From contig OZ024749.1 in the NCBI GenBank assembly GCA_964016885.1, positions 53,506,001 through 53,570,000 on the forward strand: 64,000 bases of DNA. Reading direction: 5' to 3'. Position 1 is the stretch's first letter, and the number at the start of each line of letters is the position of its first letter. Below are positions 28,917-41,700 of this stretch, one piece after another. The notes beneath the pieces were generated by a model. It had not been told where the DNA came from and searched no databases. It worked only from the letters and a program-made list of their open reading frames with translations. The stretch comes from Eledone cirrhosa (lineage: Eukaryota). Position numbers and translations under genes: made by a program.

Positions 28917-29716
28917 AATCTTTGTACATATAATGTATGTATATTCCAAATTCTTAATCAACTGACAATTTAATATTAACATTATAACACTACATCATTC
29001 TACTTATATTTACTGTCTGATTCTCTCTCTCTCTTTCTCACACACTATAATTAGTAGGAGGTTAATCACAGCAAATATACAGAGTGAATGACAATTTAAT
29101 AACAAGTTGTTGTGCCTTATTTCAACTGTGATCAAACAACTCTATTATCAAAGGCAACCCGGATGTGACCACCCCTGTCTTTTATTCAGGTATATTGTTT
29201 TCTTTCAAGATATTAGGACATGATTTCAGAGAGATTTGGCTGCTATTTTGAAAAGGTCAACCAACTGCATATATTAATTCATTTAATATCAAGTTGTTAT
29301 GAATGGCTTGTTAGTAAAGATATACTCACATCTGAAAATATTACCGTATTATACAGTGTATCCCTAAAATCTGGAAGGAAATGTGGAGTTAATATATCGG
29401 GTTCACAGGAATCTCTCACAAAGTACATCGAACTTTGCATCTGAACTGTTGGAAATCACATTCAAGATGTTATTTATAAATATTTCAATTAAATGAAATG
29501 TTGAATTTTAATTTTTTTTATTGAAAATATGTATTTTTGCGTAAGTGTCCAGACTATAAGTACACCCTGTATTTTGGGGGTAGCGTATTTATTGTCTACT
29601 TTGCTCTAATCCTGTTTTATTCTCTTGGAGAGATTACAGCCCTTTGAAATAACTGTTCTAAAACAACTGTTGACAATTGCATCGTGGTTCTTCTACTGTC
29701 TTAGGAACATCATCAT

Positions 29717-29750
<34 letters not shown>

Positions 29751-29752
<2 letters not shown>

Positions 29753-30633
29753 TGTAGGCTTCACATGTAGCAGCTGTGCTGGGACAGCAAACAGCAACAG
29801 GAAACAAGTACCACCAAACTCTGGGCGGGCTCTGTAGAAACAGTAGACAACTTCTGCTTCCTAGGTGACCGAATTAGTAGTGGAGGTGGGTGTTTGGAAA
29901 GTACAATAACTAGGGTAAGAATGGGATGGAAGAAGTTCAGGGAGCTACTGCCACAGCTAGCTGCAAAAGGCTTTTCCCTCAAAATGAAAGGCAGACTGTA
30001 TGATGCGTGCATACAAACAGCAATGTTACATGGTAGCGAGACCTGTCTGTGGAAGACTTATGTAGATTAGAAAGAAACGAAGCCTGCATGCTCCGATAGA
30101 TGTGTAATAGTAATATATGCGAACGGTAAAGCATAAATGAATTGAGAGAGAGACTGAGCATAAGAGGAATCAAATGCTGTGTGCAGGAGAGGCGGTTGCG
30201 TTGGTATGGACATGTGATGCGTATGAAGGATGACAGCTGCATAAAAAGGTGCAGAGCACTAGAAGTCGGTGGAAACCGCGGAGTGGGGAGACCCAAGAAG
30301 ACCTGGGATGAGGTGATAAAAGCCGACCTTACTCAATTGCACCTCTCAAAGGTGATGACACACGACCGTAACCTCTGGCGTCACGCAGTAATACAGAAGA
30401 CCCTGACCCCCACGGGTACAAGCTGAAGCATATAGACAATATGCCCCCACACCCTCCCACTGCAAAGTGGACGTGTAGGCGCCACGAAAAAAAAGCACCC
30501 AGCACTCACTGTAAATGAGGTTGGTGTAGAAATCAAGCCAGAATCAGTTCCCATATGAGCAAGACAAGGTCAAACAACCCGTCTAACCCATGCTAGCATG
30601 GAAGAACGGACGTAAAGCGGTGATGATGATGAT
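29751..30633 (+). mobile_element. 5'-truncated RTE LINE
   Basis: FCFLGDRISSGGG..RMGWKKFRELLP..ERRLRWYGHVMR..GRPKKTW with stops; (GAT)n tail; follows an (AT)n run. Confidence 0.9.
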
Positions 30634-30812
30634 TCATTTTATTAAGGCTAAATCCTGAGTCTTGTTACTTTGGAGTTTTGCCTGTTTATCACAGGGTTCT
30701 TGTATTATGACCCTGTGGTAAACAGGCGAAACTCCAGATTTACAAGACTCATTATTTAGCCTTAATAAAATGAATATTTAAACTCTACTTTGATATTGAG
30801 TACTCTTTTCTT
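30632..30812. repeat. Palindromic Penelope-like terminal repeat (related copies ~2035-2175 and 63310-63545)
   Basis: 30632-30777 folds into a ~70-bp imperfect hairpin; arms carry degenerate (C)TGANGA-CCTGT..ACAGG-CGAAAC cores. Confidence 0.55.
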
Positions 30813-31012
30813 TCAGCTGTCAACCACATATGGATATATATATATATCACTATATCAACATGTAGCATTTTTTTCTATTTTTATGAACAACTGTAAGCAT
30901 GATACATACAATGATAATAGTGGTCATACTTGTGTTAACTTTGGAATAACAACAATTATATGAAATGATAAGACTGCTTTTTTTTTTCGTCCTAGAGGTA
31001 AACACTCAGTTA

Positions 31013-32763
31013 TCATAAAAATGGGTGTATATGTTTGTCATCGTATCCTTGTAGTCTTGCTAATCTGTGAATATAGAAATAAAAACCTTTATTAGGAAAA
31101 GAATTTAAAAGATGAGATTTGAAAGAATAAAAGTGGCTGAAATGGGATTCTTCCGAACGGTCTTTGGAATAATGTTAATAGAGTGTGTAGCTTGGAGATG
31201 AGAGAGTCACTCCAGGTAGAGCAGCTACTTCTACGAATTGAGAGATCACAGCTCCGATACTATGGGCATGTGGTTAGAATGTCTCAGAAAAGAATGACTG
31301 GACAGATTTTATGGGCAAAACCAACTGGCAGGAGACATTAAACAAGATGGTTGGATAACATCCATAAGCTTGGCTGGTCACGTATAGGGATCCAGCCGGA
31401 TCAGTTGGAGATGGTTGCTTCTGAAAGGACCCGCTGGAAAGAATATTTGAGGACTCTGCCCCTACAACCCTCTTGGGAATATGTGAATGAAGAAGATTTG
31501 AAAGGACTCTAAAGTTTCCTGTCTATCTTTTCATTATTGAAGCTATTATAAAGAAATGTTAACCATGGAAACTTTTCAATCATTTAATCAATAGGTTCTA
31601 CTGCTAGCACTGATCCCTTGACTCTCTGTCGCCATCCAGTTCTATTGTTCAACATATTCAACAGGTCAGAGGGATTGCAGTTTATATTGTAACAAATCTA
31701 CTTGATATAGGTCTTGGTTTGTCATCCTCTACTATCTCTTCCTTGTGTAGGTCCCCACAAAAGAACTTCACTAACAATTTCGCATTTAGCTCTCCAGCAT
31801 CAATGCCCAGTGAATCTGACTACACTCTTTGATGAAGGTTCCTATACAATAACTCATTGGTCAGATCAATAACTAGCTAGGAGATATAAGGGGCAAACAT
31901 TGACAGTAACTAGCTAGGTGGTATAAAGGGAAGGTATTTACCTCATAGTATTAGCAGTGAATGGTGAAGGGCCACAGGCACACATTAACATCTTCTGATC
32001 AACAACTGAAGCAAATGGAGGTATATGTTGCTTAACCAAATCTTCATTTAAATGACCAGTGGGGCCTGACCACTGGTTATCTGGCCTTGATAATACATAT
32101 TTCACCTGGAATCTAAAAGTGAAGCAGAAATATGTAACAAAATTAAAACTATGAAAATGAAAACATTATGCCAAACATCTCTCAAATGTACAGCTATATA
32201 TATAACATTATATAGACATTATATCTACTGTATTATATATATGACATTATATATACAACATTATATCTACAACATTATATTTACAGCATTATATAGACAA
32301 CATTATATTTACTGTATTCTTGGAATATTAATGGTTCCTAGTCTTGGCAAATCTGTGTGGCTTAGTGGCTAGAAAGTTGGATTCACAATCATGAGGTTGT
32401 GAGTTCAATTCCTGGGCCAGGTGATGTGTCCGTAGGCAAGAGACTTTATTTCACATTGCTTCTTCTGCCAGAAGTTGCAATCGGTAGATAATATCAACAA
32501 TGGAAAGATCAATGAAAACATTGTTTTTGTGGTCTGATTTGACGAGTTCAACCTCCACTTGGCAAGTAAATGAGGTCTGGGATCATGTCAGTTCAGATCA
32601 TTTCCTTTTCTTAATTTTAGCAAAGGGCCAGGGGAAGTATGTTATATTGACTCCAGTACTTTATAATATATCATTATAAATATGGTAATAAAAGGGTTAA
32701 ACTAAGGTCAGAAAAACTGAATGACAATATTTATTATAAAAGAAGACCTGTTTCTCCGAATGT

Positions 32764-32798
<35 letters not shown>

Positions 32799-35700
32799 GA
32801 TACATACACTATTTTTTTTTGGGGGGGGGGGGTAGTTCCGGGTAACAAACAATTGTTTACTAAAAATAATGAATTACCTTTCATTTTGACTTGCTAGTTT
32901 ATTGAACTGTTCTCGCCATATAATGTCTTCTTGTGTTTTATTGAAGAATATTAAGTCTACAGACCTTCAAAGATAAAACATGAATAATGATACAAAGCAT
33001 TTTAAGAATCATTAATGGTATAACTGGAGTGTGTGTGTGTGTGCGTGTGTATATATATATATATTTTTTTTTCACCCAGTAAACTGGGCAGTGACCACCA
33101 GCTTGTTATGAGTGAGGTCCAGCTGAGCTTAAGAAAGAGAATGGTTCAGCCCCGGAGAACAATCTATGACTGGGGAGCTTTCAAGGAAGATGATAAGCTA
33201 CAGGAGAGATACACAGTAGAATTGAGGAACAGGTTCAGTGCTCTGTGTGGAGAGTATGATGAGGAGGTACGGGTACTTGACCACTGCAATGGCAGAAGCA
33301 AGCGAGGCTTTTGTGCCGAGGAGAAAGGAAAAATGTTAGCTCTGCAGACCTAAAAATGCGTGCAGCCAGAGAACACCTGAGAGATGCCTAGGACCAATTT
33401 CATGTTGATCCTAGGGAGGAAAGGAAGGAAGAACTCTGTACCACTTACACTGAGGCCAGAGAGGAGATGCTGATAGAGAAGATAAGTGTGGAGAGAGCGA
33501 TTAACAAGTCTAGGTGTAAAGAGAGCTGGGCGATCATCAACAAGATCACAGGGAAGAAGAGAGGGAGTTTGAGTCAGATCCAGCGAACAGGACCCAAGAA
33601 TAGGAAGAGGAAATGACTGGACCATTTTAAGACCCTACTAGGAGAGCCGTCTTCCACAGCCCAGAACACTGGGGAGATCAGGCAACTGTTTGAGGAATTG
33701 GATATTGAGACGGGACCCTTCACCAGAGAGGAGCTTCAGAGAGCCAAGAAGAAGATCAAGGAGGGAAAGGCTCATGGAAAAGATGAAGTGGCATCAGAGG
33801 TGTTGAAGAGGTGTGATTTTCCTGACATCATCCTGGAGTTCTGTAACCAGGCACTGGAGAAAGGAGTTGCCCCAAATCAGTGGAGAATCAGTAACATCGT
33901 CCCAGTGCCAAAGAAGGGAGATGTCTCTAACACCAACAACTACAGGGGGATCTCACTGACGTCACTTGTGGCAAAGACCCTCAACAGGATGATTCTTAAC
34001 AGGATCCAGCCCGAGATGGAGAAGAAGCTCAGGGACAACCAGAACAGCTTCAGAGAGGGAAGATCAACCACCAGTCACATCCTGATGCTGAGGAGGATAT
34101 TGGAGGGAGCTACAGCAAAGAGTATTCCTGCTGTCATGGTTTTCATTGACTTTAGGAAGGCCTTTGATTCTGTGAACCGTCACTGCCTGATGAAGATCTT
34201 ACAGGCTTATGGAATTTTCAAGAAGATAGAGGACCTGATATCACTGCTCTACACCAACACCAGAGCCCAAGTCATTACACCTGATGGGATGACAGAGTTC
34301 TTTGAGACACTGGCTGGAGTGCTCCAGGAAGATACATTGGCTCCCTACCTTTTTATCATTCTAGTGGACTATTGTATGTACCTTGCGTTGAAGAAACACC
34401 AGGCCTCTGGCTTTACTGTAGCACCGGCTCAGAGCAGGAGAGTTAAGGTGAAAAAGATATCAGATGCTGAATTTGCCGACGACATAGTTCTGGTGACAAA
34501 CACATTGAAGGAGGCAGAAGATTTGATGCAGGAGGTGGAGACTGTGTTGATGAGTGTCGGGCTGAGAATGAATGAGATTAAGAGGAAGTATCTGGTAGAG
34601 AATATTAAGTCAGATAAGATTATGAATGTAGGCGGAAATGCCTCGAGTTGGTTGAGGGCTTCTTGTATCTGGGAGCAAAGATTGGGAACACAGAGGATGA
34701 TGTGGTTGAGAGGAAGAGCAAAGCTTGGGTGGCATACCACAGTTTTAGATTGGTGTCGAAGTCGGACCTTCATAAAGACCTGAAGATCCGTCTCTTTATT
34801 ACTACAGTGGAATCTGTGCTACTGTACGGGTCTCAGACTTGGACACTGGCCAAGAACCTCACTCAGATGGTGGATGGGTGCTACATGAGAATGCTGAGGA
34901 TGGCTCTGAACATTAATCAGTATACACTGAAGATGAAAGACTCAGAGCTGTATGGGAGCATCCCAAAAGTCTGCTTGAAAGTAACACAGAGGAGACTGAG
35001 GTTAGCTGGACATGCTCACCGACATTCAGAGTTGACACTGCACTCAGTGCTCCTGTGGGAACCCCTACGTGGACACTAGAAGAGGGAGATCAAGGTTGAC
35101 ATATTGATGCCGTAAGGACAGACACTGGTCTCTGGTAGATGCAGGACATGGCGGCGATGATGGACAGAAATCGCTGGAGAGAACTCGTCCATGGATCTTG
35201 GGAATTTTACCCACTATAGATAGAGATAGATATATATATCTTTACACACATATATATATATACACACATAAAATTAACCTGGCTAAGACTAAAGTTCTAG
35301 TTTGTAGGAAAGAAAATAAGGCGCCGGTCCCTTCCGGGAAATGGCCATGCTCAGTGTGTAGGAAAGGCGTAAGTAGAAACTCCATTTTATGTCCCAAATG
35401 CAAAGTATGGGTGCATAAAAGATGTACTGGGATCATAGGTAAGCTAACTAAGAACATAGATTTTACATGTGGCCGGTGCTCTGGTGCAATAAGTAGCAGC
35501 AAGTGCCCACAAAATACTAGCTCTTTCAATTGCGCAGAGGGTTCTATAGAAATAGTGGACAGCTTCCGTTACCTGGGTGACAAAATCAGCAGTGGGGGAG
35601 GGTGCTCTGAAAGTACAGTAGCTAGAGTCAGAACTGGATGGAAAAAGTTCAGAGAGCTTATACCACTATTAGCCGCTAAAGGGTTCTCCCTAAAAATGAA

Positions 35701-38700
35701 AGGCAGGCTGTATGATGCCTGCATACGAACAGCAATGTTGCATGGCAGTGAGACCTAGGCATTGTGTGCAGAGGATATACGCAGACTAGAGAGGAACGAA
35801 GCTTGCATGCTCCGCTGGATGTGTAATAGTAATATACACCAACGGCAAAGCATAAACGAACTAAGGGAAAAATTAGAAATAAGAGGGATCAGATGTTGTT
35901 TACTCGAGAGAAAGCTACGTTGGTATGGTCACGTGATGCGCATGAAAGACGACAGCTGTATAAAAAAGTGCAGGGCAATAAAGATAAACGGTAGCCATGG
36001 AGTAGGCAGACCCAGAAAAACGTGGGACGACCTGATAAACTCCAACCTCACACACTTACACCTCTCCAAGACAATGTCACTGGACCGAGATCTTTGGCGG
36101 CACTCAGTAATAGAGAAGACCCGCCTTACCTAAATACAAAGTAAAACCTACTACAGTCAGTAGGCATCTCTAACAAAACACCCCCCCCCCCTGTCCCACC
36201 ACCCCCACCCCATCCACACCGCCCCTTTCAATGTAAAGTTATGTTGGTGCCACAACATCCAGGCCGAAACAAATGAGATCGTGTAGGTGTCACGACAAAA
36301 AAACACAGTCCACGCTGAATGTGGCCGTGTAGGCAACACGGTAAAAACCTCCTAGTCCCACACTGTAAATGTGGTTGGTGTTAGGAAGGGCATCCAGCTG
36401 TAGAAAACCCGCCAGACAGTCCTATGCGAGCAAGACAACCACTCTTGCCTCAGGTGGGAAAACTCCCGTCCAAACCCATGCAAGCGTGGAACATGGACGT
36501 TAAACGATGATGATGATGATATACACACATTATATATACATAATGAAGAATTTAGATATGATTCAAGTGTCACAGAAGCCAAAGCAATTTTCCCATCTTG
36601 TTTCCTATAGAACTGCTCAACAATAATACAACGTTTGTGGATATTTTGTTTTAGAGCACATCTACAATGATATGTCTGTCGATACATCTGAGTAGTACAT
36701 CACCCACCAGCCCTCCCTGCTCACAAAATACATCTGTGTAGTACATCACCCACCAGCCCTCCCTGCTCACAAAATACATCTGTGTAGTACATCACCCACC
36801 AGCCCTCCCTGCTCACAAAATACATCTGTGTAGTACATCACCCACCAGCCCTCCCTGCTCACAAAATACATCTGTATAGTACATCACCCACCAGCCCTTT
36901 CTGCTCACAAAATACATCTGTGTAGTACATCACCCACCAGCCCTCCCTGCTCACAAAATACATCTGTGTAGTACATCACCCACCAGCCCTCCCTGCTCAC
37001 AAAATACATCTGTGTAGTACATCACCCACCAGCCCTCCCTGCTCACAAAATACATCTGTGTAGTACATCACCCACCAGCCCTCCCTGCTCACAAAATACA
37101 TCTGTGTAGTACATCACCCACCAGCCCTCCCTGCTCACAAAATACATCTGTGTAGTACATCACCCACCAGCCCTCCCTGCTCACAAAATACATCTGTGTA
37201 GTACATCACCCACCAGCCCTCCCTGCTCACAAAATACATCTGTGTAGTACATCACCCACCAGCCCTCCCTGCTCACAAAATACATCTGTATAGTACATCA
37301 CCCACCAGCCCTTTCTGCTCACAAAATACATCTGTGTAGTACATCACCCACCAGCCCTCCCTGCTCACAAAATACATCTGTGTAGTACATCACCCACCAG
37401 CCCTCCCTGCTCACAAAATACATCTGTGTAGTACATCACCCACCAGCCCTCCCTGCTCACAAAATACATCTGTGTAGTACATCACCCACCAGCCCTCCCT
37501 GCTCACAAAATACATCTGTGTAGTACATCACCCACCAGCCCTCCCTGCTCACAAAATACATCTGTGTAGTACATCACCCACCAGCCCTCCCTGCTCACAA
37601 AATACATCTGTGTAGTACATCACCCACCAGCCCTTTCTGCTCACAAAATACATCTGTATAGTACATCACCCACCAGCCCTTTCTGCTCACAAAATACATC
37701 TGTATAGTACATCACCCACCAGCCCTTTCTGCTCACAAAATACATCTGTATAGTACATCACCCACCAGCCCTTTCTGCTCACAAAATACATCTGTATAGT
37801 ACATCACCCACCAGCCCTTTCTGCTCACAAAATACATCTGTGTAGTACATCACCCACCAGCCCTTTCTGCTCACAAAATACATCTGTATAGTACATCACC
37901 CACCAGCCCTTTCTGCTCACAAAATACATCTGTGTAGTACATCACCCACATATTTCTTAGCTTATATACAAGTACATATAATACAAGAGGAAACTGGAAT
38001 TTACCTGATATTTTTCCTCTGGTTATTCAAGGCATAATAAATAAGTTGGATCATTGGTGTAATACCAGTTCCAGCAGCAAACAGGATTAAGTGGCTGCAA
38101 TTCTGCAATATCTTTTCCTCAAAATCTCCTTCAAACATACTTAATTTAAGGGAGCTACCTAGAATATAGAGAGAATTAAATATAACTTTAAATCAACCAT
38201 TGCTTTGAATAGCTTCATTTTTGTAGTTTTCTTGATTGGAGACACCCACACTTTTGATAGGGATTTGGTTAGGAGCAATTGGAGTTATATACATGGTGGG
38301 AGAGGATATATGGAGGTAAGGAAAAGTGAATATATCAGAGAGAGAGCTTTGTTAGAATAGCTAACTTATGACAGTGGCCTAAAATTTACTTCTCCCTTGT
38401 TTAACCTAGTCTCAGTATGTGTTAAAACTTAAATCAAAACAACTAACCAGTTTTTAATGTATCGATCCAGGATGTTAGAGAACCGTCTTCATAGATCTTT
38501 ATAAGGAAATATAGAAAATGGCCTTGATCTGCTAACTCATCTTGGTCCTCAACATACATTGATGGTAGCACTGCTGTGTACTGCCGATATAATTCCATAT
38601 CTGGCAGACAATAGAAGAATGGAAGAGAGGAAATATTTATTATGTTCATCATTATTAAGAAATTAAATCATCATCATCATCATCATATAATGTCCAGTAG

Positions 38701-41700
38701 GGAAAATAGACATTAAATTATATTATTTTAATGTTATGATAAAAATTATTAAAAATTGAACCAGTACATGACTGGTACTTTATTTTATTGACCTCAAGAA
38801 GGAAAAACGGCACAACTATGTTAATCATCTTTAATTGCTGAAGTCATTATTTCAAACCCTACAATTAACTTCAAATATTTGTCTTACCTGAATCATTGTT
38901 TTGCTCCCTTCTGAACCCTGTTTGGGGTCTTGGGATATCACAGCTCTGATATTACGAGCATGTGGTCAGAAAAATGTCTCAGGAAAGAATCGGTGGACAG
39001 ATTTTATGGACAAAACCAACTGGCAGGAGACCCAGGGGTAGACCCCCAGGCAAGATGGTTGGATAACATTTATGAGCTTGGCTAATCTCGCTTGGGGATC
39101 TAGTTGGATCAGTTGGAGACTGTTGCTTCTGACAGGACCCACTGGAAGGAGTATTTGAAAACTCTGCTTCTCATGACCCCCCCCCCCCCCCCCCCCCGGA
39201 ATAACTGGGCAAAGAAGAAGACTTACCTGAAATAGTGTGATAAATTCGTAAATGAAAGCCAATTGGTACGGTCATTAAACAACCTTCTGGTAATGATATT
39301 CGAAGTAATTTAGTGTCAGGTGTCACCTGCTTCATGGTGTCTACAATACATTCTCGAGATAACGCTTCTGAAACAAGAATTATTTGAGGGAAAAATTCTA
39401 ATTTTTTCATTTGAAAATATCATCATCATCATTATTGTCATAGTTTTTATGACATGACAATGATGATGTTATTTAAAAATGAAAAAATTTGAATGATCTG
39501 GGCTTTTAAGTTATCTAAATTTTTTATAATTTATAATATCAAAATAAATCAAAACTAGCAATGGAACTGACCTGGGTTGGACTTTATGAAATTCTGTTCA
39601 AGTATTTCACCTAATGAAGACCAATGGATTCCAAGGTCGTCTTTCTTAAAGAGGATGTGTACAGCACCAGACGGTTTTACTGTTACTGAAATAACCAAGT
39701 CATACAATAATGAAAAGGGTATTTTACAGTTAGACATACAAATCTTCGGAAACACTAGTGTTACTTTAATAAGAAGTAGCTTTGTTAAACTATTGCCAAG
39801 CTGCACTGTGTAGCAAATGATATTTCATCCGAGATCTTGTGTTGATATTAAAACAGTTGTATTATAGAAGAGTCATTAGATTCATTAAACATACCCTGTT
39901 ATATTCCTTTTGTTAGAGCATCGGACATGTTTTGCGGCATAGAGTTACGGCCCTTTAAGTTCTGAGTTCAAATCCCACCGAGGTTAGCTTTGCTTTTATC
40001 CTTTCAGAGTCAATAAAATAAAGTACCTTCAGGTCAATTTAATCAACTTTCCCCTCCCCTCAAAATATTTGCCTTGTGCCTAAATCAGAAACCATTAAAT
40101 GTATTTGATTATGCCTTTGAGGTTGTTAACAGTATAAAACTTGAACTTGTCTTGGTGGTAAATTGGTAGAACGATTAATTTCAGACAAAATAATTTTCAG
40201 GGTTTGATTTGTAGTACAGTACTGGGTTGGAGTCAATATAATCAACTGCTACGTTGCCTCTAAATTACCAATATCTTTTATTGGTCTTTGATTAACCAAA
40301 TATTTTAGTATTTATTACATTTCAACCATTAATGGTTTTATTAGGTTTCATATTAACTATTTAATAGAAAAAAACCCATCTAAATAAAAATAAAAAAATT
40401 ACAAACCTTTGTAATCAGAAAGAATTTCTTCTGTTAAATCTGAAATACAAATAAAACAAAACATACTAATTAAAAAATTAATTAATTGTTGTATAGTTAA
40501 TATGAAGCATTGTGAGAATCGGTCTTAATTAAATGTTACTTCAACCAAAATTATATGCAAATTAGATGAAGGAATGGTCGTTATTTTAAAATAAAAAATT
40601 TTAAATTGACTTTGAAAACAATAAGAACAAAGTTAAAGACTAATATAATACTTACTGATGTGAATTTTAAACATTTTAGGTGCAATGAATGCAAAAATCT
40701 TCAAGTCATTATCGTTACGATCAATAATAATATATTCTGATTTCATATTATTGCAATGTGTATACAACACTACAGTAACTGATGTTTCACTCTGGAACCA
40801 ATCAAAACTGAAAATATATTGAAATTATCGTTATCAATACAGTGGGTTTTACTATATATTTTTCTGACAATATTATAACAATATGACCTTCTCCATATAA
40901 CTCTGGAGATGTGAACACTATACTCCAGAGCATCCTGGACTCAATATGGATAGCGTGTGCAGCATCAGTGCCACGGAAGCGGAAAAATAACCAACCCAAA
41001 AGTGCAATTTGGGAAACTTCAGCGGTCCGACTTGCCAGGAAAGAACGTCGGAACGCTGAACGGGAATATAAACTGCATAAATCAGATGCCAACAGAAAAA
41101 AGCGGAATAAATCTTCTAACCATCTCAAGCAAGTGACAAAGAAGGCAGTGCTTGAATTTGAACAGTGCATAGCAACCAATCCTGACAGTAAGGTGTTCTG
41201 GAAATATGTTCATTCAAAGCAGAGACCTCACTCTCCAAGGGTTCTCTTCGCAATCCCCACACAAGCCAGATTACTGACGATCCCAAAGAAGGCGCAGAAC
41301 TCATTGCTGAGTGCTATGCAAGTATTTTTACTGTTGAAAACCAGAATGTACCATCTCCACCATCTCTAACATCAAATTCCATAACAACTATGGAATTTAC
41401 ACCTGCAATGTTGCGACGTCACCTTAAGAATAAGCGCAACTATGCCTCCCCTGGTCTTGATGGTGTGACATACCTGCTTCTCAAACATGGCAGGTATTTC
41501 CTTTTGTGTCAGCTTTCTTTCTTTCTTTCTTTCAATACTGTCTCAACAATGGTGCTACTCCGGAGCAGTGGAAAACTGCCAGTGTCATTCCCCTGTTCAA
41601 AAAGGGCAACCGCATGTCACCTGTCAACTATCGTCCAGTCAGTCTTACTAGCTGTATGGCCAAACTGATGGAATCCTGTGTCAGAGAAACACTTTGGAAC

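Noticed and set aside
32355-32430. tRNA gene
   Set aside because: A/B boxes present but no cloverleaf, and it continues into a repeated SINE body.
36684-37949. CRISPR-like regular array
   Set aside because: Units are contiguous with no unique spacers, no cas genes, eukaryotic intron.
39686-39805. In-frame upstream alternative acceptor adding 40 aa to the CS domain
   Set aside because: The acceptor at 39685 gives the length expected from homologues; no other support.
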